Below are positions 49,865 through 61,506 of a stretch of 64,000 bases of DNA, piece after piece (within the stretch, counting starts at the first letter, position 1; each line of letters opens with the position of its first letter). Made by a program: the position numbers and the translations under genes. The stretch covers positions 43,588,001 through 43,652,000 of the forward strand of contig OZ249436.1 in assembly GCA_965235115.1 (NCBI GenBank), written 5' to 3'. The notes under the pieces were generated by a model. That model did no database searches, was not told the DNA's origin, and saw only the letters and a program-made list of their open reading frames with translations. Source of the DNA: Laetmonice hystrix (Eukaryota).

Positions 49865-50977
49865 CAGTGGTCCCCCTCTTAAAGACCACCCCTTATAAGC
49901 GACCACCCGCCTCTAGCGACCGCATTTCCATTGCATTAACCACTTCACACTATAATTCCACCCTAATAAGCGACCACCCGGCACTAACGACCAGCGACCG
50001 GCATATCCCTGCATCAACTCCACCGGTCACCCCTTATCAGCGACCAGCCTTTGAGAATCAGCCAGCCGTGGCTAGTCATAACACTTGTCTCCCCATGCCC
50101 GCCTGCCTGGCACCCTGCTGACCTAACACCAACACCGCCCCCCCACCCACCCACTTCCATCCCACAATGGCCGGCCACGTGTCTCACCTTACCCGCCCGA
50201 CTTCCATCACACGGCCCAACCTTCCATCACACTTTAAGCTAACGGTTTTGCTCCCCCTCCTACTACCATGCCTGTTGAAAAAACGGTATGTCACCAACTG
50301 GCTGGTTGAAGCAACAAAATGTCTGAGGAGATGGTTGCAGAAACTAGTCAACCAACCCCTAAAAAAGCGTGGCAGAATACAGTGCAGATTTTAGACTTTG
50401 CTCTGAAACAGCAGAATACACAGATGCTAGACTGCGTTTACAAAATGCAAGACTTGCTAAAAGAAGAATCTAGAAAAGCCGTAAATGAAATGAAACAGAC
50501 AAGACTAGAGTCTTTCTTTATAGGAAATTAAATATTTTTTGTCTCTCTGAACTTAAACCGTGTCAAATTTTAGACTTTACTCTGCAACAGCAGAATACTC
50601 AGATGCTGGACTGCATTACAAACTGCAAGACTTGCTAAAAGAAAAGTCTAGAAAAGCGGTAAATACGGTAAATGAAATGAAACAGACAAGAATGAAGTCT
50701 TTCTTTAAATAAAATTAAATATTTATTGTCTCTCTAAACTGAAAGTGTGTCATGTGGGTTTTGTTTTGGCAAGAATAACTCCATACGTGCCCCCCTCTTT
50801 GTCCCCTCCCTCTCACTGGGAAGTCGCCACCTAGTGTTAACTGTGTGTAGTTATCTCATATGTAGCCACCTGGTGGTAACCATGCGTACTTAACAACCCC
50901 TCGTTTAGGCGACCACCCGCCACTAGCGACCACTTTCTCTCTGCAGCAGGGGTGGTCGCTTATGAGGGGGACCACTG
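49865..50977 (+). mobile_element. pogo/Tigger-type non-autonomous element
   Basis: TA|CAGTGGTCCCCCTC..GAGGGGGACCACTG|TA TIRs with TA duplication; internal remnant ..KQTRLESFF resembling the Tigger/pogo transposase C-terminus. Confidence 0.82.
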
Positions 50978-50990
50978 TATAGCGTCGCAA

Positions 50991-51417
50991 TCGACACCTT
51001 ATGCTATGCGAATGGGTGCAGTAATCTTGGGGCCAGGGTTCGATTCCTGTAGAGGACTATACAACTTTTCTCTTTAGGGACATTGTCAAAGTAATTGGGT
51101 TACCCCTGATGCCCGTGCATTTCAAAAGAAAAATACAGTCAGGTGGGGTATATAGGGCCCTAATGACTACAGTCAGGTGGCGTATAGGTTCCTAATCACT
51201 ACAGTCAGGTGGGGTATATAGGGCCCTAACCACTACAGTCAGGTGGGATATATAGGTTCCTAATCTTGATACCTTATGCTATGCGAATGGGTGCAGTAAT
51301 CTTGGGGCCGGGGTTCGATTCCTGTAGAGGACTAGTCTATACGACTTTTCTCTTTAGGGACATTGTCAAAGTAATTGGGTTACGCCTGATGCCCGTGCAT
51401 TTCAAAAGAAAAAACAG
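50991..51417 (+). mobile_element. 5'-truncated tRNA-derived cassettes (50991-51139, 51268-51417)
   Basis: B box and 3' body near-identical to the 49327 copy. Confidence 0.65.
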
Positions 51418-52436
51418 GCAGTTGGCGTAGGGTCCTAATAAAAGACGTATTATACATCATTCTAAGGCAAGTGGTTCAAAAGTTAAATTTTCAAGGTGGC
51501 TTTGGGCGGCCATCTTGAATTTGACCTGACCTTGACCTTCAATTGAAAACATAACATCAGAAATGGATTCTACATACCCAAAAACCCGTAAAATGACGTA
51601 TTATACATCATTCTAAGGCAAGTGGTTCAAAAGTTAAATTTTCAAGGTAGCGCTGGGCGGCCATCTTGAATTTGACCTGACCGTGACCTTCAATTGAAAA
51701 CATAACATCAGAAATGGATTCTACATACCCAAAAACCCCTAAAATGACGTATTATACATCATTCTTAAGCAAGTGGTTCAAAAGTTAAATTTTCAAGGTA
51801 GCGTTGGGCGGCCATCTTAAATTTGACCTGACCTTGACCTTCAATTGAAAAAATAACATCAGAAATGGATTCTACATACCCAAAAACCCCTAAAATGACG
51901 TATTATACATCATTCTAATGCAAGTGGTTCAAAAGTTAAATTTTCAAGGTAGCGTTGGGCGGCCATCTTGAATTTGACCTGACCTTGACCTTCAATTGAA
52001 AAAATAACATCAGAAATGGATTCTACATACCCAAAAACCCCTAAAATGATGTATTATACATCATTCTGAGGCAAGTGGTTCAAAAGTTAAATTTTCAAGG
52101 TGGCGTTGGACGGCCATCTTGGATTTATGCAGATTACGAGATTTGCCCAAAGTTGCCCTTTGGGCAACCAAGTTGAATTTGTTCTAGGACCCCATTAGAG
52201 TATAAATCAACAAAAAAATTTCATAGGAAAGAACATTTCTAGGTTCCGGAAATTTCAAATGGACTATAACGTTTAACGTAAAAGAAGCACACCGTCGATC
52301 TTTTAAGCCTGAAGTTGAACAAGAGTGAATAACATGTACATACATAATTATCTGCAAACAGTGAGCCGTAGTTTGTCTGCAGGAGGGTGTGATCAAAGAT
52401 AAATTTAAAATTAGGCCGAGATAAATGCAGAGACCT

Positions 52437-53964
52437 CAGGCCCGTAGGCTGGTCTGAAAATGGGTGGGTTACTTATCAGGGGCGGATCCAGGATTTTCAA
52501 AACGTGGGGGGGGGGGGGTGCTATGGAAAAAGGGCACTTTCTCCCCCTCCCCCCCCCCCAGTGAGTATAGCCTAAACAGTCAAATAAAAGACCTATGCAC
52601 ATATCAACAGGGCCGTAGTTAGAGTGTGGGCCAGTCAGGGGCGAATCCAGGAATTTGGTAAATTTTGGCCGAAGGCGCGAAGCCATGAAGGGGGGCTGGG
52701 GGCCCTCCCCCAGAAAAAAATATAAATTACTGTGCCAAATACGCGATATAGTCTTTAGGGCTATAATAGGCCTAGACAATTGGACATTTAGATTTTAAAT
52801 ATCTTTCGTAAAAATAAAAAAGGGCACATGAGGGGGAGAGAAAAGGGGTGCACTGCTTATAGTGAAATGAGTTCCATAAATTTGCATGGGGTGGATCCAG
52901 AGCTGTTTCTTGACCATGCACTGATATTGAAACTGGTTTCCAATACCAGTGGTTCCAACGTTTAAGAATGTGAAATGCAGCAGCAAAGCCACTGTAGTGT
53001 AGGCACGAACTGTGTGTAGGGTGGTCCGGGGGCATGCTCCCCCCCCCCCCCGGCAGGAATTTTTTTAAACTAGGAGTAAAATGGGGCATTTTGGCCATGT
53101 TTCAGAAATCTGAGAGCAATTACTGAGGCACAGTATAGGCCTACAAGGAATCTCTTTAGATTTTTAGATTGGGAAGTACCCCCCCCCCCCCCGGGTGGTA
53201 CCCGCCCCTTCTGAGATACCAGTGGCAGTGCAGTTCTGCCCCTGGTCAGGTGATGTTGAATATGGGCGTCCTAGGGGGGTCTGCATCTGGGGTCCGGGAC
53301 ATGTTCCCCCAGAAAAAATGAAAAATTGGAGCCCTAACAACCATACATCTGGGGTATTTTCAATTGGCAGGGCCGCATATTTGTGCCCCCTCCCCCAAAT
53401 GAAAAATCGGTCCCACGCCCCTGGGCAAACCTTTTTATCTTGACTAGGCGGACCTTGGCTGGCTCTGCGGGTAGGTTACCAGTAACCCAAGTAACCCCCC
53501 CCCCCCCCCAGGGCCGTAGCCAGGATTGTTTCAGGGGGGGGCTGACAAGCGCCGTAGGCGCGCATCATCGAGCGCCGCAGGCGCGAGTAAACACCCAGAA
53601 AATTTTGAAATTAGGAAGCCCGGAGATGCGATTTCCCGGCACCTGGGACAGAAAATGACTGATTTGTCAATGCCTGGTGAACTCACCTAGCGGGGTTTAG
53701 GCCCCCCCGGGCCCCCCTATTAGGCATTTCAAGAGAGGCATGGTGCTTCCCATGATTAGCTTACACTTAGTTTTAGGCCTAGACCTGCTGGATTAAAGCT
53801 GGACTGTTATGTACCAGCGTATATTTTGGATTCTCCTCGTCATACAAACATTCACTGATACAAGAGGAACAAAAAATTGACTTGATTTTGGTTGGGGGGG
53901 GGCTGCAGCCCCCTCAGCCCCCCCCCCCCCCTAAATACGGCCATGCCCCCAGCCTACGGGCCTG
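52437..53964. mobile_element. Stack of nested CAGG(G/C)C-ended (hAT-like) MITEs
   Basis: Outer TIR CAGGCCCGTAGGCTG with GACCT direct repeat (52432-52436, 53965-53969); further left ends at 52477, 52608, 52636 and 53509. Confidence 0.65.
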
Positions 53965-54442
53965 GACCTTGCCGGAGGTACTTGCCGTCGCCTATGGCCT
54001 ACATCTGTGACGTTGAAAAGGGGGCCACTCTGACGAGAGATGGCGCTGCGGTTAGCTAATGCTGGAGACCTGCGCCCTCTGGTGGCAGTTTGTCTATCCC
54101 CGCGTCTGGTGCAGCGGTAGAGGGCAGCAGCCGGGGGCAAAATGCTGTGACACGTGGCTTTAGTTAACACAAGAGACTGACCTAGATCGCTTTTACGGTA
54201 GGCCTACGTCGCACGTCGCTAATTTAATAATTGTCGATGTCGTGTGTCACCTGTTAAGTAAATCAATGTGTCGCATGTCTATTTTTATTGCAATTCTGGA
54301 TGTCTCACGTCGAATTTTATCAGCCATTTGGGAGGTGTGTCCGTCGCACGTTAAGAAGAGGATGTCGCAATGTCGCCCTTCATTTTACGGCCGTGTCGGC
54401 GTGTCGATCGTGTCGAATTTTACCCATGTATACCCCTCTTAA

Positions 54443-54782
54443 AGGTGCTATTCGTCTCGCACAGAATGACATTTCTCCTATCATACATTGTGCACATAGT
54501 ACTAGAAAAAATTCCTACCGATACCATTGGTCTGATAAACCTTCTATTAGTTTGTGTGCAGCATTTGAAACCTATCTCGGTGCGCACCGAGATAGAGCCA
54601 TTTCCTGTGGTGGGGCGTGTCAGGGTCTCCACAGGCCTTCTGAGAGAGCCCCATTTGTGCCGTTATCCATGAAAAATTTTGATTTCCTTTGGTTTGAATC
54701 TATTTCCATGATAGGTGGGATCACATAAACGTCAACAAAATTAAAAATAAAAAAATTGATTTTTTTTTCACGAATAGCACCT
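54443..54782. mobile_element. Kolobok-like MITE
   Basis: TIR AGGTGCTATTCGT; TTAA direct repeats at 54439-54442 and 54783-54786; purine-purine termini. Confidence 0.75.
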
Positions 54783-57619
54783 TTAATCTAAGTGAAGTCT
54801 AGTATTAGTAGTATTACTAGTAGGCCTACTAGTAGTAACATCTACTATAAAAAAATTTCTATATCTTAGATGTACTAACCTTTCTAGTTTCCGAACATGC
54901 AGTTTTGAAAGCATCTTTCAAAATAAACAAAAACTAGTACTAACGTTAGATGGCTAGTAGGATTTATGTTAGATCTAGAGACTAGACTTGTTCTATTGAA
55001 TATTCATCATTGTGCTGCACATTGTTCTGTGCCGTCATAGATACTACTGAGCTACACAAAATTGATTCAAGAGAGAACAAAGTTTCAGTTGGTCAGTGTT
55101 AGATTGTAACACTGAGCTGTGAAACAAAAATCGTACTTACTGTATTGTAATGTCATAAAACGTAAGGTAATACGACATGTCCGCCCGTCGCCATGTCCGC
55201 CCCCTGGGCCCCTACCCCCAGTCATGTCCCCCTTCAGGTCCGGTCCTCGCTGCTCCGCTCAAGAGGTGCCCGGCAAGGGACACGTTACCTACGAGGTGGC
55301 TCTCATTTTGTTGGGCACTTAGCGATTACAATAGTTGATCTAGGGTTGTTGATGTACACTCCTCTAACTCAGTAGACTGTCCTAGTCACATTGACCGCTT
55401 TTCCCGGGACCACGGGCAGCAGGGTGAGGGGTATACATGGGTAAAATTCGACACGATCGACACGCCGACACGGCCGTAAAATGAAGGGCGACATTGCGAC
55501 ATCCTCTTCTTAACGTGCGACGGACACACCTCCCAAATGGCTGATAAAATTCGACGTGAGACATCCAGAATTGCAATAAAAATAGACATGCGACACATTG
55601 ATTTACTTAACAGGTGACACACGACATCGACAATTATTAAATTAGCGACGTGCGACGTAGGCCTACCGTAAAAGCGATCTAGGTCAGTCTCTTGTGTTAA
55701 CTAAAGCCACGTGTCACAGCATTTTGCCCCCGGCTGCTGCCCTCTACCGCTGCACCAGACGCGGGGATAGACAAACTGCCACCAGAGGGCGCAGGTCTCC
55801 AGCATTAGCTAACCGCAGCGCCATCTCTCGTCAGAGTGGCCCCCTTTTCAACGTCACAGATGTAGGCCATAGGCGACGGCAAGTACCTCCGGCAAGGTCC
55901 AGGCCCGTAGGCTGGGGGCATGGCCGTATTTAGGGGGGGGGGGGGGCTGAGGGGGCTGCAGCCCCCCCCCAACCAAAATCAAGTCAATTTTTTGTTCCTC
56001 TTGTATCAGTGAATGTTTGTATGACGAGGAGAATCCAAAATATACGCTGGTACATAACAGTCCAGCTTTAATCCAGCAGGTCTAGGCCTAAAACTAAGTG
56101 TAAGCTAATCATGGGAAGCACCATGCCTCTCTTGAAATGCCTAATAGGGGGGCCCGGGGGGGCCTAAACCCCGCTAGGTGAGTTCACCAGGCATTGACAA
56201 ATCAGTCATTTTCTGTCCCAGGTGCCGGGAAATCGCATCTCCGGGCTTCCTAATTTCAAAATTTTCTGGGTGTTTACTCGCGCCTGCGGCGCTCGATGAT
56301 GCGCGCCTACGGCGCTTGTCAGCCCCCCCCTGAAACAATCCTGGCTACGGCCCTGGGGGGGGGGGGGGGTTACTTGGGTTACTGGTAACCTACCCGCAGA
56401 GCCAGCCAAGGTCCGCCTAGTCAAGATAAAAAGGTTTGCCCAGGGGCGTGGGACCGATTTTTCATTTGGGGGAGGGGGCACAAATATGCGGCCCTGCCAA
56501 TTGAAAATACCCCAGATGTATGGTTGTTAGGGCTCCAATTTTTCATTTTTTCTGGGGGAACATGTCCCGGACCCCAGATGCAGACCCCCCTAGGACGCCC
56601 ATATTCAACATCACCTGACCAGGGGCAGAACTGCACTGCCACTGGTATCTCAGAAGGGGCGGGTACCACCCGGGGGGGGGGGGGGTACTTCCCAATCTAA
56701 AAATCTAAAGAGATTCCTTGTAGGCCTATACTGTGCCTCAGTAATTGCTCTCAGATTTCTGAAACATGGCCAAAATGCCCCATTTTACTCCTAGTTTAAA
56801 AAAATTCCTGCCGGGGGGGGGGGGGGAGCATGCCCCCGGACCACCCTACACACAGTTCGTGCCTACACTACAGTGGCTTTGCTGCTGCATTTCACATTCT
56901 TAAACGTTGGAACCACTGGTATTGGAAACCAGTTTCAATATCAGTGCATGGTCAAGAAACAGCTCTGGATCCACCCCATGCAAATTTATGGAACTCATTT
57001 CACTATAAGCAGTGCACCCCTTTTCTCTCCCCCTCATGTGCCCTTTTTTATTTTTACGAAAGATATTTAAAATCTAAATGTCCAATTGTCTAGGCCTATT
57101 ATAGCCCTAAAGACTATATCGCGTATTTGGCACAGTAATTTATATTTTTTTCTGGGGGAGGGCCCCCAGCCCCCCTTCATGGCTTCGCGCCTTCGGCCAA
57201 AATTTACCAAATTCCTGGATTCGCCCCTGACTGGCCCACACTCTAACTACGGCCCTGTTGATATGTGCATAGGTCTTTTATTTGACTGTTTAGGCTATAC
57301 TCACTGGGGGGGGGGGAGGGGGAGAAAGTGCCCTTTTTCCATAGCACCCCCCCCCCCCCACGTTTTGAAAATCCTGGATCCGCCCCTGATAAGTAACCCA
57401 CCCATTTTCAGACCAGCCTACGGGCCTGAGGTCTCTGCATTTATCTCGGCCTAATTTTAAATTTATCTTTGATCACACCCTCCTGCAGACAAACTACGGC
57501 TCACTGTTTGCAGATAATTATGTATGTACATGTTATTCACTCTTGTTCAACTTCAGGCTTAAAAGATCGACGGTGTGCTTCTTTTACGTTAAACGTTATA
57601 GTCCATTTGAAATTTCCGG

Positions 57620-60600
57620 AACCTAGAAATGTTCTTTCCTATGAAATTTTTTTGTTGATTTATACTCTAATGGGGTCCTAGAACAAATTCAACTTGGTTG
57701 CCCAAAGGGCAACTTTGGGCAAATCTCGTAATCTGCATAAATCCAAGATGGCCGTCCAACGCCACCTTGAAAATTTAACTTTTGAACCACTTGCCTCAGA
57801 ATGATGTATAATACATCATTTTAGGGGTTTTTGGGTATGTAGAATCCATTTCTGATGTTATTTTTTCAATTGAAGGTCAAGGTCAGGTCAAATTCAAGAT
57901 GGCCGCCCAACGCTACCTTGAAAATTTAACTTTTGAACCACTTGCATTAGAATGATGTATAATACGTCATTTTAGGGGTTTTTGGGTATGTAGAATCCAT
58001 TTCTGATGTTATTTTTTCAATTGAAGGTCAAGGTCAGGTCAAATTTAAGATGGCCGCCCAACGCTACCTTGAAAATTTAACTTTTGAACCACTTGCTTAA
58101 GAATGATGTATAATACGTCATTTTAGGGGTTTTTGGGTATGTAGAATCCATTTCTGATGTTATGTTTTCAATTGAAGGTCACGGTCAGGTCAAATTCAAG
58201 ATGGCCGCCCAGCGCTACCTTGAAAATTTAACTTTTGAACCACTTGCCTTAGAATGATGTATAATACGTCATTTTACGGGTTTTTGGGTATGTAGAATCC
58301 ATTTCTGATGTTATGTTTTCAATTGAAGGTCAAGGTCAGGTCAAATTCAAGATGGCCGCCCAAAGCCACCTTGAAAATTTAACTTTTGAACCACTTGCCT
58401 TAGAATGATGTATAATACGTCTTTTATTAGGACCCTACGCCAACTGCCTGTTTTTTCTTTTGAAATGCACGGGCATCAGGCGTAACCCAATTACTTTGAC
58501 AATGTCCCTAAAGAGAAAAGTCGTATAGACTAGTCCTCTACAGGAATCGAACCCCGGCCCCAAGATTACTGCACCCATTCGCATAGCATAAGGTATCAAG
58601 ATTAGGAACCTATATATCCCACCTGACTGTAGTGGTTAGGGCCCTATATACCCCACCTGACTGTAGTGATTAGGAACCTATACGCCACCTGACTGTAGTC
58701 ATTAGGGCCCTATATACCCCACCTGACTGTATTTTTCTTTTGAAATGCACGGGCATCAGGGGTAACCCAATTACTTTGACAATGTCCCTAAAGAGAAAAG
58801 TTGTATAGTCCTCTACAGGAATCGAACCCTGGCCCCAAGATTACTGCACCCATTCGCATAGCATAAGGTGTCGATTGCGACGCTATACAGTGGTCCCCCT
58901 CATAAGCGACCACCCCTGCTGCAGAGAGAAAGTGGTCGCTAGTGGCGGGTGGTCGCCTAAACGAGGGGTTGTTAAGTACGCATGGTTACCACCAGGTGGC
59001 TACATATGAGATAACTACACACAGTTAACACTAGGTGGCGACTTCCCAGTGAGAGGGAGGGGACAAAGAGGGGGGCACGTATGGAGTTATTCTTGCCAAA
59101 ACAAAACCCACATGACACACTTTCAGTTTAGAGAGACAATAAATATTTAATTTTATTTAAAGAAAGACTTCATTCTTGTCTGTTTCATTTCATTTACCGT
59201 ATTTACCGCTTTTCTAGACTTTTCTTTTAGCAAGTCTTGCAGTTTGTAATGCAGTCCAGCATCTGAGTATTCTGCTGTTGCAGAGTAAAGTCTAAAATTT
59301 GACACGGTTTAAGTTCAGAGAGACAAAAAATATTTAATTTCCTATAAAGAAAGACTCTAGTCTTGTCTGTTTCATTTCATTTACGGCTTTTCTAGATTCT
59401 TCTTTTAGCAAGTCTTGCATTTTGTAAACGCAGTCTAGCATCTGTGTATTCTGCTGTTTCAGAGCAAAGTCTAAAATCTGCACTGTATTCTGCCACGCTT
59501 TTTTAGGGGTTGGTTGACTAGTTTCTGCAACCATCTCCTCAGACATTTTGTTGCTTCAACCAGCCAGTTGGTGACATACCGTTTTTTCAACAGGCATGGT
59601 AGTAGGAGGGGGAGCAAAACCGTTAGCTTAAAGTGTGATGGAAGGTTGGGCCGTGTGATGGAAGTCGGGCGGGTAAGGTGAGACACGTGGCCGGCCATTG
59701 TGGGATGGAAGTGGGTGGGTGGGGGGGCGGTGTTGGTGTTAGGTCAGCAGGGTGCCAGGCAGGCGGGCATGGGGAGACAAGTGTTATGACTAGCCACGGC
59801 TGGCTGATTCTCAAAGGCTGGTCGCTGATAAGGGGTGACCGGTGGAGTTGATGCAGGGATATGCCGGTCGCTGGTCGTTAGTGCCGGGTGGTCGCTTATT
59901 AGGGTGGAATTATAGTGTGAAGTGGTTAATGCAATGGAAATGCGGTCGCTAGAGGCGGGTGGTCGCTTATAAGGGGTGGTCTTTAAGAGGGGGACCACTG
60001 TATACCCCACCTGACTGTATTTTTCTTTTGAAATGCACGGGCATCAGGCGTAACCCAATTACTTTGACAATGTCCCTAAAGAGAAAAGTTGTATAGTCCT
60101 CTACAGGAATCGAACCCAGGCCCTAAGATTACTGCACCCATTCGCATAGCATAAGGTGTCGACATCCATGCCCACTAGGCCACCGCCACTCCCCTAAAAA
60201 AGGAGCTTTGGTGGTCGAGCAGGACAATGGACCCTCCCCCCTACACACATCTTTTTGAAATGAGACGGAATCCATATTTTCCTAGTTAGAGCTACACATG
60301 ATTAGGAACCTATACGCCACCTGACTGTAGTCATTAGGGCCCTATATACCCCACCTGACTGTATTTTTCTTTTGAAATGCACGGGCATCAGGGGTAACCC
60401 ATTACTTTGACAATGTCCCTAAAGAGAAAAGTTGTATAGTCCTCTACAGGAATCGAACCCCGGCCCCAAGATTACTGCACCCATTCGCATAGCATAAGGT
60501 ATCGACGCCCATGCCCACTCGGCCACCGCCACTCCCCCGTGATTAGGAACCTATATACCCCACATGACTGTAGTGATTAGGGCCCTATATACCCCACCAA

Positions 60601-61506
60601 ACAGTATAGTGAGGCCAAACAATACAGTGAGGGCAAACAGTACAGTGAGGCCAAACAGTGCATGGAGGCCAAACAGTACAGTGAGAAGTCATGGTACTGG
60701 CTGGCCTGTTTCCTGTGGGTTTACAAGGGAGCCTCCTGTTTGTTACCAGCCGTTTATTGCCATTCTAAGACCCTAACCTGACCTTGACCTTCAATTGAAA
60801 AAATAACAGCAGAATTGGATTGATTCTACACACCCAAAAACCCCTAAAAAGATGTATTATACATCATTCTAATGCAAGTGGTTCAAAAGTTAAATTTTCA
60901 AGGTGGTGTTGGGCGGCCACCTTGAATTTGAAATGACCTTGACCTTCAATTGAAAAGATAACATCAGAAATGGATTCTACATGCCCAAAAACCCCTAAAA
61001 AGACGTACCGTATTATACATCATTCTAAGGCAAGTGGTTCAAAAGTTAAATTTTCAAGGTGGCGTTAGGCGGCCATCTTGAATTTGACCTGACCTTGACC
61101 TTCAATTGAAAAAATAACATCAGAAATGGATTCTACATACCCAAAAACCCCTAAAATGACGTATTATACATCATTCTAAAGCAAGTGGTTCAAAAGTTAA
61201 ATTTTCAAGGTAGCGTTGGGCGGCCATCTTGAATTTGACCTGACCTTGACATTCAATTGAAAAAATAACATCAGAAATGGATTCTACATACCCAAAAACC
61301 CCTAAAATGATGCATTATACATCATTCTAAGGCAAGTGGTTCAAAAGTTAAATTTTCAAGGTGGCGTTGGCCGGCCATCTTGGATTTATGCAGATTACGA
61401 GATTTGCCCAAAGTTGCCCTTTGGGCAACCAAGTTAAATTTGTTCTAGGACCCCATTAGAGTATAAATCAACAAAAAAAATTCATAGGAAAGAACATTTC
61501 TAGGTT
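57620..61506. mobile_element. FB2 foldback element in copy 2 (contains the mirrored tRNA-like cassettes)
   Basis: Reverse complement of 48359-52245. Confidence 0.8.
58888..60000 (-). mobile_element. pogo/Tigger-type element in copy 2
   Basis: Reverse complement of 49865-50977; TA|CAGTGG..CCACTG|TA. Confidence 0.82.

Larger units (their letters stand above)
48359..52245. mobile_element. Foldback element FB2 nested in copy 1
   Basis: ~700-800-bp inverted arms beginning (AACC)TAGAAATGTTC, with 4-5 tandem 151-bp units homologous to FB1 arms; no TSD resolved. Confidence 0.8.
47526..54437 (-). mobile_element. 6.9-kb composite non-autonomous DNA transposon, copy 1
   Basis: 16-bp TIR AGGGGTATAYATGGGT; 6-bp TSD CTTAAA (47520-47525, 54438-54443); subterminal TGTCG/TGTCAC motifs; reverse complement of 55427-62339. 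Confidence 0.9.

Noticed and set aside
52184..57681. Mirrored 60-146-aa ORF pairs as duplicated genes
   Set aside because: They fall in MITEs and subterminal repeats and lack domain-like content; useful only as evidence of arm identity.
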